A stretch of 64,000 bases of DNA from an uncultured Candidatus Saccharibacteria bacterium (GCA_964350165.1 CAYGJA010000001.1:174545-238544); one strand, 5' to 3'; positions 31,577 to 42,376 are shown, numbered from the stretch's first letter. Numbers and translations: made by a program. Notes: generated by a model not told the origin, from the sequence alone.

Positions 31577-32572
31577 TTAACGTTTTCTATTCTTGGCGAC
31601 AATTACCGCTTTCTTAATGGATTCTACGTCCATACCATACTCTACCATCAACTCAGCAGGCTCTCCCGACTGACCAAAACGATCGTGAACACCAACAAAC
31701 TCAATTGGCACTGGTTCGTGCATCGACAAAAATTCCGCAATTGCCGATCCCATACCACCAGCTACCTGATGTTCTTCTACGGTCACAATCGCACCAGCAT
31801 CATGAGCTAGCTGATAGATTGCTTTGGCATCAAGTGGTTTTATCGTTGCCAAATTCATCACGCTCACCGCCAGCCCCGAATCTGTTAATTCTTTGGCTGC
31901 GATAATAGCGTTGTGAACCAGTGCCCCTGTCGCAATAATTCCCACAACAGGATTTGGGCTTTCAAAATACATTTCGGCTTTACCAATCTCAAAAGGAGTT
32001 TTGTGTGTTGTAAAAATTGGAGACTTGTCTCTCGCCAAACGTATATAGACAGGGCCCGGATGATTAGCTGCAGCCAGGGTTGCCTTTTCTGCCTCGTGGG
32101 CATCACAAGGACTAAGAACAGTCATGTGAGGCTGCATTCTCATGAGACCAATATCCTCGAGTGCTTGATGAGTGGCTCCGTCAGGACCAACGGAAACTCC
32201 AGCGTGACTACCTGCAATCTTGACTGGTACATTATTGAGAGAAATCGTAGTTCTAATCTGTTCATTGTTTCGCCCAGGAGAAAAAGCAGCGTAGCTGGTG
32301 ATAAAAGGAATTTTGCCGTAATTAGCAAGCCCTGATCCAACACAAGCCAAATTCTGTTCGGCTACACCAACCTCGACATAACGATCGGGGTATTTTTCTT
32401 TGAACCAATGCATACGGGTTGATTCTGCTAAATCAGCACAAACCGCCATTACCCTACTGTCTGCATCAGCGGCTTTTACTAGACCATGACCAAAGCCATC
32501 TCGCGTTGGTTTTTGATCCAAACGAGAGGTCTCGAGTGTATAAGCATGCAAATGTCGTGCTAGATGTTTCAT
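31577..32572 (-). CDS. Transketolase, C-terminal subunit
   Basis: GVAEQN, GPDGATHQ, GPVYIR, TVEEH. Confidence 0.95.
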   Translation of the reverse strand: MKHLARHLHAYTLETSRLDQKPTRDGFGHGLVKAADADSRVMAVCADLAESTRMHWFKEKYPDRYVEVGVAEQNLACVGSGLANYGKIPFITSYAAFSPGRNNEQIRTTISLNNVPVKIAGSHAGVSVGPDGATHQALEDIGLMRMQPHMTVLSPCDAHEAEKATLAAANHPGPVYIRLARDKSPIFTTHKTPFEIGKAEMYFESPNPVVGIIATGALVHNAIIAAKELTDSGLAVSVMNLATIKPLDAKAIYQLAHDAGAIVTVEEHQVAGGMGSAIAEFLSMHEPVPIEFVGVHDRFGQSGEPAELMVEYGMDVESIKKAVIVAKNRKR

Positions 32573-32574
32573 AA

Positions 32575-33441
32575 TTATTCGCTGTGCCCAGCCTCTATTA
32601 TCCCATGCAGAGTACGTAGTTCTTTTAAGAATCGCTGCTCCTCTTCTGTGGTTGGCGGTTTACCATGCCAATGATAATCAAACTCTATTTCTTTTATTCC
32701 CTTGCCTGGAATAGTATGAGCAATAATACAAACTGGTTTTTCGTAGACAGCATGACCCTGTTCTATGGCATCAACAAAAGCTCGAATATTGTGTCCATCA
32801 ACCTCAATAACATGCCAACCAAAAGCTCGCCATTTGTCTGCCAAAGGTTCTAACGGCATAACGTTCTCTGTCATCCCATTAATCTGAATATTATTTCTGT
32901 CAATAACCACCGTCAGGTTGGCTAGTTTTTGAGCAGCGGCAAACATGGCTGACTCCCAAATATTTCCAGCATCTAATTCTCCGTCTCCCGTGAGGCAGTA
33001 TGTTTTGAAAGTTTTTCCATCCATGCGCCCAGCCAAGGCAATACCGGCTGCTTGGCCAAGCCCTGAACCAAGTGGTCCAGAAGTGTTCTCTAGACCTGGA
33101 AGTTTTTCTCGTTCTGGGTGGCCTTGAAGTCGACTTCCAAATTTTCGCAAAGTTTTTAATTCGTGCAACGGAAAATAACCAGCATGAGCCATCACCGCAT
33201 AACGAACCGGAACAATGTGCCCATTTGAAAGAATCAGACGGTCTCGGTCTGGCCAATTCGGCTGATCGGGATTGTGATTTAATATCTGAAAATAAAAAGC
33301 TGTAAAAATATCAGCCATACCCAATGGTCCGGCGGTATGACCCGAGCCGGCATCTTCAAGCATGTCTACAATTGACTGCCTGATGGCGTTCGCCCTCAAA
33401 TCCAAAGCCTGTAATCTTTCATCAGATAAATGCATATACAT
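32575..33441 (-). CDS. Transketolase, N-terminal subunit
   Basis: RDRLILSNGH, LQGHP, GDGE...N TPP motif, TIPGKG. Confidence 0.95.
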   Translation of the reverse strand: MYMHLSDERLQALDLRANAIRQSIVDMLEDAGSGHTAGPLGMADIFTAFYFQILNHNPDQPNWPDRDRLILSNGHIVPVRYAVMAHAGYFPLHELKTLRKFGSRLQGHPEREKLPGLENTSGPLGSGLGQAAGIALAGRMDGKTFKTYCLTGDGELDAGNIWESAMFAAAQKLANLTVVIDRNNIQINGMTENVMPLEPLADKWRAFGWHVIEVDGHNIRAFVDAIEQGHAVYEKPVCIIAHTIPGKGIKEIEFDYHWHGKPPTTEEEQRFLKELRTLHGIIEAGHSE

Positions 33442-34118
33442 CAGTATACCAAACGAGCCAGCTCTTCTACTTGTGTTGCGGGATTATCATGATGAAAAAC
33501 AGCTGAACCAACCACAAACCTATCTACGCCGGCATTATCAAGCTCGGTAATCGTATCAAAATTAACCGACCCATCAACAGTAACCAAAAGATCAGGGTAT
33601 TTGTCTTTAAAATATTTTACATTTTCCAAAACTTTCCCCGAAAAAGGCTGAGCCTGAGCGCCGATGACGTCAATCCCCATACATTGCAAATAAGAAAAAT
33701 GTATGAGCTTTTCTTCTATCTTTTCCCTGTCCAGATCATCATCAAAAGAAAGCCCAAAAGAGATATATTCTTTGGCGTTTTCTATTTGTGTCAAAAGATC
33801 GTCCCAATCCTGAACAGATTCATAATGAATAACAATCGCCGCAGGGGCCAAAGCTTGCCACAAAGCCAGCGTCCGCTCGGGAGTCTTGATCATGAGATCT
33901 AGCTCATAATCAACGTGCTCCCAATCAGGCAAACCTTCGGAAAGAATTTCTTGCCCTGGCTCGATTCGGTCTAGCGGATAAGGCCAAGTCTTTCCCACGA
34001 CAAAAATACCATCCATGATATCAATCTGGATCAAATCAACCACGGCTGAAACCGATTGCGCTTTGGCAAAGAGATCTTTTTTGTTTTTTGGCATAACAGC
34101 CGGCACAATGGGAAACAT
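33441..34118 (-). CDS. rpe: Ribulose-phosphate 3-epimerase
   Basis: QIDIMDGIFV, VDGSVN, VVGSAVF. Pentose-phosphate cluster context. Confidence 0.88.
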   Translation of the reverse strand: MFPIVPAVMPKNKKDLFAKAQSVSAVVDLIQIDIMDGIFVVGKTWPYPLDRIEPGQEILSEGLPDWEHVDYELDLMIKTPERTLALWQALAPAAIVIHYESVQDWDDLLTQIENAKEYISFGLSFDDDLDREKIEEKLIHFSYLQCMGIDVIGAQAQPFSGKVLENVKYFKDKYPDLLVTVDGSVNFDTITELDNAGVDRFVVGSAVFHHDNPATQVEELARLVY

Positions 34119-34121
34119 GTT

Positions 34122-34814
34122 TTAGAGAAGATAACGAACAATTCCGGCAACAGCAAAAATAATCCAAACCGCGTTGATAACCACCGCCTGCATATTTTCG
34201 TCTTGCCTTGCATCAACAAGAACAAAAATCGATCCAGCAAAGTTGGCCAACAAATATCCAGAGTCTGATACCTGCAGAACATTTAAAATATTTGCCACAT
34301 ACGCACCCAGAATAAGCACAACACCCAGCCAACCAAAACGTTCTATTTTTTTATTTTTTATACCCCTTCGAGCCTCAAACTCTATTTTTTTCAGACGACG
34401 AACATGTCGTTCTTCTTTTCCAAATCGTGTTTTTAACCAAACATCAACCACTGTAATCATTTCTTCAATGGTTACAAAGCGAGCTCCAATAGAGAGCATA
34501 TTGGCGTTGTTGTGTTGTCGAGACAAGCTAACAATTTCTTGGTTGCCGCCAGCATATACAGCACAGCGAACCCCCCGAAATCGATTGGCAACCATGGCCT
34601 CCCCCTGCCCCGAACCACCAAAGATAATACCAACGCTCTTGGGGTCAAGCGCCACCGATCGAGCCGCCTTGGCCACAAAATCGGGGTAGTCATCATCGCT
34701 ATTTTCTTCAAAGGCGCCATAATCTACCAGCTCATAATCATGTTCGGCCAAATGAGCGAACAGTTTGTCTTTGTGCTCGAGGCCCGCATGATCAGTCGCA
34801 AAGTAAATCTTCAT
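34122..34814 (-). CDS. rpiB: Ribose-5-phosphate isomerase B fused to a ~3-TM membrane domain
   Basis: ATDHAG, DDYPD, GGSGQGE, RQHNNAN, RHVRR, then about 75 hydrophobic residues (GWLGVVLILGAY...AVVINAVW) with no stop. Confidence 0.9.
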   Translation of the reverse strand: MKIYFATDHAGLEHKDKLFAHLAEHDYELVDYGAFEENSDDDYPDFVAKAARSVALDPKSVGIIFGGSGQGEAMVANRFRGVRCAVYAGGNQEIVSLSRQHNNANMLSIGARFVTIEEMITVVDVWLKTRFGKEERHVRRLKKIEFEARRGIKNKKIERFGWLGVVLILGAYVANILNVLQVSDSGYLLANFAGSIFVLVDARQDENMQAVVINAVWIIFAVAGIVRYLL

Positions 34815-34819
34815 ACCAA

Positions 34820-35845
34820 TTAAACCCCCTTGGCGGTTGCGATAACGTGTTCCACTAATGTATTGGTGTACCCAGCCTCGTTGTCGTACCAAGACAATAT
34901 CTTTACCAAGTTACCATCAACCACTCGAGTAAACTCAAGATCAACAATGGCTCCAAATTTTTTCCCAATAATATCAGAGGAGACGATAGGGTCATTGGTT
35001 ACTCCCAAAATCCCATTCCAGCGTTTGTCATTTACTGCTTTAGTGAAAGCTTCGTTAATCTCTTCAACAGAAGTATTCCTCTTTGCAATAAAAGTAATAT
35101 CAGCAATTGATCCAGTGATAACCGGAACTCGCATAGCAATACCGTCAAATTTTCCAACCAAATCGGTAATGACTTCGGTTACTGCAATAGCTGCCCCTGT
35201 CGAGGTGGGAATGATATTTTGAGCGGCTGCTCTGCCCTTGCGATAATCTTTGCTTGGAGAGTCCTGCAGGCGCTGTGTGGCAGTATACCCATGCACTGTA
35301 GTCAAAATAGCTTTTTCTACCCCCACCAGTTCATGCATTATCTGCATGATAGGACTAGAAGCGTTGGTCGTACATGACCCATTCGAGCTGATTTGACAGG
35401 TTCCCAGCCGGTCATGATTGATACCCATCAAAACAGTGGCTGATTCAACGCCAGGAATTGGCTCACCTTTGGCCGGAGCAGAGATGACTACTTTTTTAGC
35501 ACCTGCATCTAGATGTAGCTTTGCCCCCTGATAATCAGTAAAGAAGCCCGTCGACTCGAGAACCACATCAATATTCATGTCGCCCCATGGCAATTGAGCT
35601 GGGTCTTTTTCTTGCAGAAAAGCTATTTCTTTACCGCCAACAATTAGTTTGTTTTCACCAGTAGCCACAGAAAAATCAGGCTTTCCATAAGCAGTATCAT
35701 ACTCCAACAAGTAAGCTAGATTCTTTTCATCACCAAGGTCATTAATAGCGACAATTTCAATATTGCCGTCATTTCGCTCGTATACATTTCGCAAAAAAGC
35801 TCTCCCAATTCTTCCAAATCCATTAATTGCTACCCGAATTCCCAT
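34820..35845 (-). CDS. gap: Glyceraldehyde-3-phosphate dehydrogenase type I
   Basis: INGFGRIGR, SCTTN, WYDNE. Confidence 0.98.
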   Translation of the reverse strand: MGIRVAINGFGRIGRAFLRNVYERNDGNIEIVAINDLGDEKNLAYLLEYDTAYGKPDFSVATGENKLIVGGKEIAFLQEKDPAQLPWGDMNIDVVLESTGFFTDYQGAKLHLDAGAKKVVISAPAKGEPIPGVESATVLMGINHDRLGTCQISSNGSCTTNASSPIMQIMHELVGVEKAILTTVHGYTATQRLQDSPSKDYRKGRAAAQNIIPTSTGAAIAVTEVITDLVGKFDGIAMRVPVITGSIADITFIAKRNTSVEEINEAFTKAVNDKRWNGILGVTNDPIVSSDIIGKKFGAIVDLEFTRVVDGNLVKILSWYDNEAGYTNTLVEHVIATAKGV

Positions 35846-35908
35846 ACGTTTTTGAGCTAAATAGTAAAGTGTCATTAGTATAACAAACACTTTCCGTATT
35901 TGTTATTT

Positions 35909-36850
35909 TTACAGGTCGATAGTGCCAGCTCGCAGGATACGCGCCAAAGATTCGGCCTGCCCCAAAGAGGTAAAAGTAGGAATACCCAGATAGCATTGAT
36001 TTTCTACATGAATAGCTGCTCCTCCAGAGTTTCCGCTATCTACCTTGGCGGAAGTAACGTAGTGATTTTCTTCAATGGCGGCGATAATTCCTTCGGTGGC
36101 GGTTACGTCACGATTGGAACCAATAGTAGGAAAACCGAGGATAATCACTTCGTCACCAATTTGAGGCTCAGTGGTACAGAATTTTTGCTTGGCTGTTTTC
36201 ATTAGCCCCTGGACATGAGTGTTAGGAGAAGTCAGCTGGATGGTTGCATAGTCAGGATTTTCTAAATCTTTTTCTGAGCCATAAGAAATTACATTTTTAG
36301 GAAACGTAATGTTCTCATCATCCTGAGGAAAACGATAATAACAACTGAGATACTGCCCCGAAAAAGGCTCAACCACATGTCGGTTGGTTACCAAAATGGG
36401 ATTTCCGTTTTGTACAAAAAAAGTAGCCGCTCCGCGTTGCGTTAGTCTTGCTCCCAAAAAATTAAACTCACATTCCAAAAAAGCTATTCTTCCTCGCCAA
36501 GCATTTACAACCTCAGTCAACGTAACTTCTTGTTGTTCGGCAATAGCTGTCTCTAGTTCTTTTTTTGTAGCGGCAACGGTTTGTCTGGCGGCAGCCAGCT
36601 GGTCGCTGGTTTCAGTACGCAACCCCTCAAGCTCGATAGACAACCCTTCAGCCAGCCCCTGTATCAATTCTCGCTGCTTTTGTTGCTCTCCGGTAGTTGA
36701 CGCCACCTGTTCTCGTAACAATTCATTCTCAGCCAACAACACCCTGGTCGTATCCCGCACAGCTACCACCAGCACCCCCAAAATAAAAAGCACCAAAACA
36801 ACAATGATTCTGGCTGCCTGAGTAGGAAAAGAATCTTTTGAGCTATTCAC
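35909..36850 (-). CDS. Membrane-anchored trypsin-like serine protease with coiled coil
   Basis: TM, coiled coil, then TNRHVV / DYA / DSGNSGG triad. GTG start at 36850 inferred. Confidence 0.85.
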   Translation of the reverse strand: MNSSKDSFPTQAARIIVVLVLFILGVLVVAVRDTTRVLLAENELLREQVASTTGEQQKQRELIQGLAEGLSIELEGLRTETSDQLAAARQTVAATKKELETAIAEQQEVTLTEVVNAWRGRIAFLECEFNFLGARLTQRGAATFFVQNGNPILVTNRHVVEPFSGQYLSCYYRFPQDDENITFPKNVISYGSEKDLENPDYATIQLTSPNTHVQGLMKTAKQKFCTTEPQIGDEVIILGFPTIGSNRDVTATEGIIAAIEENHYVTSAKVDSGNSGGAAIHVENQCYLGIPTFTSLGQAESLARILRAGTIDL

Positions 36851-37313
36851 GAATTTGCTGCTTGGTTCCCGAAATATAAGCATAAAAAGCTCGCTCAACA
36901 TCATCAGTAATAGCCTGTTGCCTTACGGCACTTCTGAGAAGTAATTCAATTCTACGAAACTGCACACTTATTTTATGTTGTGCCCAAGCAGCCCGAAACG
37001 TACTCAACCAAGAACTGCTATCACGAAAATCCTCTAGTTCAATTATGTTTTTATCAAGATCAAGAATTTCAAGTGCTAGACGAAAACTGACAACCTCTCC
37101 CGAGACTTCATCTTGAATCTCAAAATCAATATCGCTATTTTCTTTGGCCCAATCGAGAATAGATATTTCTTGATTCTGAATAGCGATTTCGCCAACAACT
37201 TCGCTTGCCGGAGAAGCAAAAACTCCAACGGGAAACAAAAGGGCGATACTGAGCACAATAAGGATATTTTTTAACATACTATGAAATGGTAGCCTATTTG
37301 GTTTATTTTTCAA
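36843..37313 (-). CDS. Hypothetical secreted protein
   Basis: Signal-peptide-like N-terminus. Within the uvrD-protease-gap run. Confidence 0.6.
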   Translation of the reverse strand: MKNKPNRLPFHSMLKNILIVLSIALLFPVGVFASPASEVVGEIAIQNQEISILDWAKENSDIDFEIQDEVSGEVVSFRLALEILDLDKNIIELEDFRDSSSWLSTFRAAWAQHKISVQFRRIELLLRSAVRQQAITDDVERAFYAYISGTKQQIRE

Positions 37314-37327
37314 GGCTTTTTGTGTAT

Positions 37328-40300
37328 TCAGGCCCCCTTTTTGATTGCCTCTACCAAATCACAATAATCACAGTTGGCTGGGTCGCATGGCTGATTCCAA
37401 AAAGAAAGCTCCATAATTTCCTCCGAAACCCTAAGAATCTCTTGCTCAAGAGCATCCACCTCATCATCGCTAATCTCAAATTTCTCGCTACGGAACTTGC
37501 CACTACTGTCTGGTTCAATAAAGACAATCTCTCCTGATCTCATCGTGTATCTCCCATCTTGCCAATGTCGAAGGAGTAATTTGTAGAACACCAGTTGCCG
37601 GTAATAGTCTCCAGTACTCGAAGCCGTGTTGCCCATAATGTCATTCCTGGTTTTCGGCTTACCGGTTTTGTAGTCAACCACATGCACCTCGTGATCATTG
37701 ATTAATTCCAGCTTGTCCAAGACACCCGTGAGTCGTACTGACTCATTCAGGTACACCGCTGGCACCCGGAACTCGTTCAAGGTTTCCATCACCCAACCAG
37801 CGTGATGTTCTTCGTACCAGTAAGCCAAATTAACTTCTCCTCTGGCCCTGGATTCTTCGTATTCTTCTCCCTGCAAATACACCTGGCCGTCGAGTGCTTG
37901 CACAAAGCGGTCAACCAAATACTGTGCACCAGGTAACACCTGTTCCCTACGGAGCTTTTCGAACAAATCCTGCAAAGCCGCATGCACTGCAATACCATAA
38001 GCCTGATGCTTGTTGGGTGGCTCGGGAATTCGTAATAGATTGCGATAGAAATATTGCCAAGGAGAACGCAGATAATTGTTGAGTGCAGACACCGACAGTC
38101 CTGTTTTTTTGAAAAGATTAGCCACAAAAGACTGATCCTCGAGACGTAGCAGTGATGCTTCGGTTGGAGCCTCGAGCAACAAGCCGTGCATGTCTGCGTA
38201 CTTTTCTTCGATGGCAGTGGTATCCATATGCTCCAAGTGCTCGGTGGAGACCTCTTGAAGAAAAGGCGTAGGCAGTACTTCTTTTTGATTTTCGTCACGC
38301 AAGGGATAGCTTACAATTACGTGCTGACGAGCACGAGTAAGCGCCACATAGAACAAGCGCCGTTCGTCGTCTTGAGTGGCTTTTTCTGGCGCCTCTCCGC
38401 CCGCAAAAAGCTGATACACCTCAGGAATTAACGGCAATAATTCGCGCTGTTTTTGTAATCCAAATCTCCCTGCATGAGCCCTGGTGATGTAGACATAATC
38501 AAACTCCAATCCCTTGGCTCGATGGGCAGTCATCATCTGAACCCTACCCGGCCGATCACCTGGCTGAATTCGTACTGACAATTTGTGTTCTTCGATGGTG
38601 GACAAATACCCCAAGAAATCTCGCAAAGTAAAATTGGCAACATCAGTAGACAATTCGTCTATCAGGGCCAGCATTTTTTTGAGCACCGCCAGGCCTTCTT
38701 CCGAATTATCATCGGACAATACATATTGCAGTAATCCCGACTCACGGACAATGCTGTGCACAGCTGTCCTGGCGTGCTCATTCCCAGCCTGAGTTATCCA
38801 ATGCTCTAGATTGGCGAACAATTCTTCGAGTTTGGCTTCTCCAACCAAATGCAAATCTTTGCGTAATTTTGGATCACGCAACAAATCAAATAATTGGTAT
38901 TTTCTTTTCTGACTAGCTGAGCGTACTAATTTGAAAACGTCCAGATGATCCAGCTCAAACAAATCCAGATGGAGTAACCGTACCAAAGTATTGTCGTCGC
39001 CATATTGCACAGCACCCTTGATCAGGGTCATGAGACGCACTGCCACTGGATGCCCCAGTACGTCCTGATCAGACCGAATCACATATGGCACCCCGATCCG
39101 ATCACACATGTCTGCCAAAGCCAGAGCGTCGCGATTGTTGCGATACAACACGGCAATCTCCTCGGCGGGAGTACCCGCGGCCAGGCGCTCTTTGATATCC
39201 ATCGCCACAAAAAACGTTTCCTGTTCGCTTTCAGGTAATTCATACACCTGGATCAAGCGTTCATCGGCGGTAGTGTTTGCAGACAAAGGCTCTTCCCCGG
39301 ACAGCAAACTATCAGCCACCGACAAAATCGTCTGCGTAGATCGATAATTCTGTCGCAAAGTAATCATCTGCGCCGATGCGTAGCGATGTTTGAAATAATA
39401 AAAATTCTCGAGCGATGCCCCCTGGAAACGGAAAATCGCCTGTTTTTCATCCCCCACCACAAACAAATTTGGAGCCTCATGAAAATCCATCAACAATTCT
39501 AGGATCTTGTTCTGAGCATTGTTACTGTCCTGGTGTTCGTCCACCAACACATATTGGAATTGTTCCTGGAGGATTAATTTGAGGTCTTCGTCTTTACGCA
39601 ACACGCGCAGCACCTCGACCAGCATGTCAGCAAAGTCGTACCGCCTGGACGCGCGCAAGCTTTTTTGATATTCGACATAAATAAAAGCTAGTTCTTCGTT
39701 CTTGTTTAGGCGCTTTTGCTGATCCTGGTATTTTCCTTTCATCTTGCCTTCGTGGGCACCCGAGTCATAAATCAAATCAGGAATAGCCTCGAAATTTGCC
39801 TTGGCTTTCTTGAGCAAGTCCCGGAATTCATCTTCGTCTACACCCTCTCTTTTCAGCTCATCAATGGCCGAACGAATGGATCGAATGTAGTAGAAGTTGT
39901 CACCAAACGGTTTGAGCAAGCTAAAATCATTCTGCACGAGAATCTTTTCGAGGATTTGGATTTGTTCCACCTCGGTAACTGGCTGAGATCCAATAATATG
40001 CGGAAAGGCTTCGCTATGTTGTTGGATAATATCGTTGGCGAACCCATGGAACGTAGTAATCCGCACCCGATGCGCCGCCGCACCCACAAAGCGCGCTAGT
40101 CGCGCGCGCATGTTGGTGGCGGCCGCCTCGGTAAAAGTCAGTGCCAGGACATTCTCTGGTTCGGTATCGGTGGCGCGCAGGATATTGGCAATGCGAAGCG
40201 TCAGGATTTGCGTCTTGCCCGTACCGGGCCCAGCCACCACCATTACTGGCCCCTCGATAGTGTCGACGGCTTGTTTTTGTTCGGAGTTGAGCATGTCATA

Positions 40301-40342
40301 GCCGTCTTTCCAGGCTTGTTCAAAATTGGTTTTGGTTTCCAT
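37328..40342 (-). CDS. UvrD/PcrA-family helicase with C-terminal PD-(D/E)xK nuclease
   Basis: AGPGTGKT, VDEHQD, NYRS, TAHRAKGLEF, RLFYVALTRAR. Nuclease part GVLDKL...VVDYKTG...QLVFY. Confidence 0.93.
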   Translation of the reverse strand: METKTNFEQAWKDGYDMLNSEQKQAVDTIEGPVMVVAGPGTGKTQILTLRIANILRATDTEPENVLALTFTEAAATNMRARLARFVGAAAHRVRITTFHGFANDIIQQHSEAFPHIIGSQPVTEVEQIQILEKILVQNDFSLLKPFGDNFYYIRSIRSAIDELKREGVDEDEFRDLLKKAKANFEAIPDLIYDSGAHEGKMKGKYQDQQKRLNKNEELAFIYVEYQKSLRASRRYDFADMLVEVLRVLRKDEDLKLILQEQFQYVLVDEHQDSNNAQNKILELLMDFHEAPNLFVVGDEKQAIFRFQGASLENFYYFKHRYASAQMITLRQNYRSTQTILSVADSLLSGEEPLSANTTADERLIQVYELPESEQETFFVAMDIKERLAAGTPAEEIAVLYRNNRDALALADMCDRIGVPYVIRSDQDVLGHPVAVRLMTLIKGAVQYGDDNTLVRLLHLDLFELDHLDVFKLVRSASQKRKYQLFDLLRDPKLRKDLHLVGEAKLEELFANLEHWITQAGNEHARTAVHSIVRESGLLQYVLSDDNSEEGLAVLKKMLALIDELSTDVANFTLRDFLGYLSTIEEHKLSVRIQPGDRPGRVQMMTAHRAKGLEFDYVYITRAHAGRFGLQKQRELLPLIPEVYQLFAGGEAPEKATQDDERRLFYVALTRARQHVIVSYPLRDENQKEVLPTPFLQEVSTEHLEHMDTTAIEEKYADMHGLLLEAPTEASLLRLEDQSFVANLFKKTGLSVSALNNYLRSPWQYFYRNLLRIPEPPNKHQAYGIAVHAALQDLFEKLRREQVLPGAQYLVDRFVQALDGQVYLQGEEYEESRARGEVNLAYWYEEHHAGWVMETLNEFRVPAVYLNESVRLTGVLDKLELINDHEVHVVDYKTGKPKTRNDIMGNTASSTGDYYRQLVFYKLLLRHWQDGRYTMRSGEIVFIEPDSSGKFRSEKFEISDDEVDALEQEILRVSEEIMELSFWNQPCDPANCDYCDLVEAIKKGA

Positions 40343-40385
40343 GATTTGTATTATAGCTGATTCACACCTTGCGGATAGTTGTTTT

Positions 40386-41216
40386 TTAATTGCAAATTAA
40401 ATAAACATCTCGAGTTTTCGTCACCAATCCCTCGGCCATCATGGTACCGAGGATTTTTTGTAATCGTTCTATTTCTGGGGACTGGTCTATATCATTGGCC
40501 ACGAGGCGGGCAACTTCTTCTAGACTGGCTGGCCCCGCTAGCAATGCCCGCACAATAGCGCCGCGTATCTGTCGGTCTGATCCAACAAATGTACTTTGTT
40601 TGACATAATGCCGGCTGCGCCGGTTGGGGTTCGCTGCGCGCAGCACGTCGCCCAGATGCGATCCATAATCCATCAATGCCCAATACCACTGTCGATACTT
40701 TTTGCTCGGCAACATGGCGGTGACTTTTTCCAGCACTTCACCATCAGTTACGTCTTCTCGACCAGGAAAAAAGTGATGCAAAAACACTCGTCGAATATTC
40801 GTATCAACAAAACTCACTGGCCGATCGTACGCAAAAGCCATAATCGCCCCCGAGGTATACGGACCGATACCGGGCAATTGTTCCAGGACTGTTCGCTCCC
40901 TAGGTAGTTCGCCCTTGTGTTCTTTTACCACTAGCGCCGCCAGCTCCCCCAGCCGCAAAGCCCGATTGTTGTATCCCAACCCTTGCCACTGCTCTAATAC
41001 AGCCGCTCGATTAGCTCCAGCCAGAGCAACAAAGTCTGGCCACAATTCTATCCAGGTATTGAATTTGTCGATCACGCGAGGCACCTGCGTCTGCTGCAGC
41101 ATTATTTCGGAGACCAACACTCGGTACGGAGTAATATTCTGCCGCCAAGGCAAATCATCGCGACCATGCTGGCGATAATACGCCTCTATCCTGCTCTGAA
41201 AATCTGGCTTTTTCAC
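40386..41216 (-). CDS. mutY: A/G-specific adenine glycosylase lacking the Fe-S motif
   Basis: DLPWR, VSEIMLQQTQV, WQGLGY, LPGIGPYT, DTNIRRV. No CX6CX2CX5C. Confidence 0.92.
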   Translation of the reverse strand: MKKPDFQSRIEAYYRQHGRDDLPWRQNITPYRVLVSEIMLQQTQVPRVIDKFNTWIELWPDFVALAGANRAAVLEQWQGLGYNNRALRLGELAALVVKEHKGELPRERTVLEQLPGIGPYTSGAIMAFAYDRPVSFVDTNIRRVFLHHFFPGREDVTDGEVLEKVTAMLPSKKYRQWYWALMDYGSHLGDVLRAANPNRRSRHYVKQSTFVGSDRQIRGAIVRALLAGPASLEEVARLVANDIDQSPEIERLQKILGTMMAEGLVTKTRDVYLICN

Positions 41217-41270
41217 GGGTCGGATTATAGCACTTCAACCCCCGAGAAAAAGGAGTATACTCTGAACCAT

Positions 41271-42368
41271 ATGTCTTTTTATGCACACATCATCAAACCC
41301 TTTCTGTTTCGCCAGGACCCCGAACAAGTACATAATCGGGCAACAATCATTGGAAAACAAATTGGTCGCCATAGTTGGTCCAAAAATCTTTTACGGTACT
41401 TTTTTGCTTACCAAAACCCACGCTTAACCCAAGAAATCGACGGCACAAAATTCGAGAATCCTATCGGTCTTTCGGCTGGTTTTGATAAAAATGGTGAGCT
41501 CATGGAAGTAATCGAAGCGGTTGGCTTTGGTTTTATGCAGGTAGGAACTATCACCGACAAACCATACGCCGGAAACCCAAAACCGCGCCTCACTAGGCTA
41601 CCCAATTCGCAAGCCATCTTGGTTAATTATGGACTCAAAAACGAAGGCGCCAATATAATCACAAAACGTATTCAACAACGACACAACAAAAATTTCCCCA
41701 TCAGTGTATCTATCGGAAAAACAAACAACAAAGAAAACGCTGATACCGATGCTGGCATAGTAGACCAAATCCTTTGCTTGCGAAAAGTCATCGAAAGCCA
41801 GGTTGGTGATTGGTATACCTTGAATATTTCTTGCCCTAACACTTTTGGCGGAGAGCCTTTTACCACCCCTGATCGCTTAGACAAACTACTCACCGCCTGG
41901 TTCGCAGAAAACCCCAAGAAACCTACCTATCTAAAAATGCCCATTAATCTGCCTTGGATTGATTTTCTAGAGCTCGCTCGCGTAGCCGACAAACACAATG
42001 TACGTGGCCTTATTATCGGAAATCTAAATAAAGACAAAAAATCTCTACATCCCAAAGACACACTTCCGGCCAATGCCCCTGGCGGCATCAGCGGAAAACC
42101 AACCACAGAACTAGTAAACACTCTGATCCAAAAAACATATCTTGAGTTTAAAAATCGCTTTGTTTTGGTCGGAGTGGGCGGCGTTTTTAATGCAAACGAT
42201 GCTTACAAGAAAATCCGCCTTGGAGCAACCCTTGTCCAGCTCATTACTGGAATGATTTATCAGGGACCGGCTCTGATAGGCACGATCAATCGAGATCTCG
42301 TCAGACTTCTAGACAAAGATGGCTTTGAGCACATCTCGGAAGCAATTGGGGCTGATAGTAAAAAATAA
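41271..42368 (+). CDS. pyrD: Quinone-dependent dihydroorotate dehydrogenase
   Basis: SAGFDKNG, GNPKPRL, NISCPNT, GGISGKP. Start at ATG 41271. Confidence 0.95.
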   Translation: MSFYAHIIKPFLFRQDPEQVHNRATIIGKQIGRHSWSKNLLRYFFAYQNPRLTQEIDGTKFENPIGLSAGFDKNGELMEVIEAVGFGFMQVGTITDKPYAGNPKPRLTRLPNSQAILVNYGLKNEGANIITKRIQQRHNKNFPISVSIGKTNNKENADTDAGIVDQILCLRKVIESQVGDWYTLNISCPNTFGGEPFTTPDRLDKLLTAWFAENPKKPTYLKMPINLPWIDFLELARVADKHNVRGLIIGNLNKDKKSLHPKDTLPANAPGGISGKPTTELVNTLIQKTYLEFKNRFVLVGVGGVFNANDAYKKIRLGATLVQLITGMIYQGPALIGTINRDLVRLLDKDGFEHISEAIGADSKK

Positions 42369-42376
42369 TAATCCAA

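Noticed and set aside
36843-36904. Apparent 62-bp overlap suggesting a frameshifted gene
   Set aside because: A GTG start at 36850 gives an ordinary 8-nt overlap, and each protein has its own N-terminal hydrophobic segment.
41271-42368. Functional link between pyrD and pyrimidine CBASS signalling
   Set aside because: pyrD lies outside the island among core genes, and proximity alone is no evidence.
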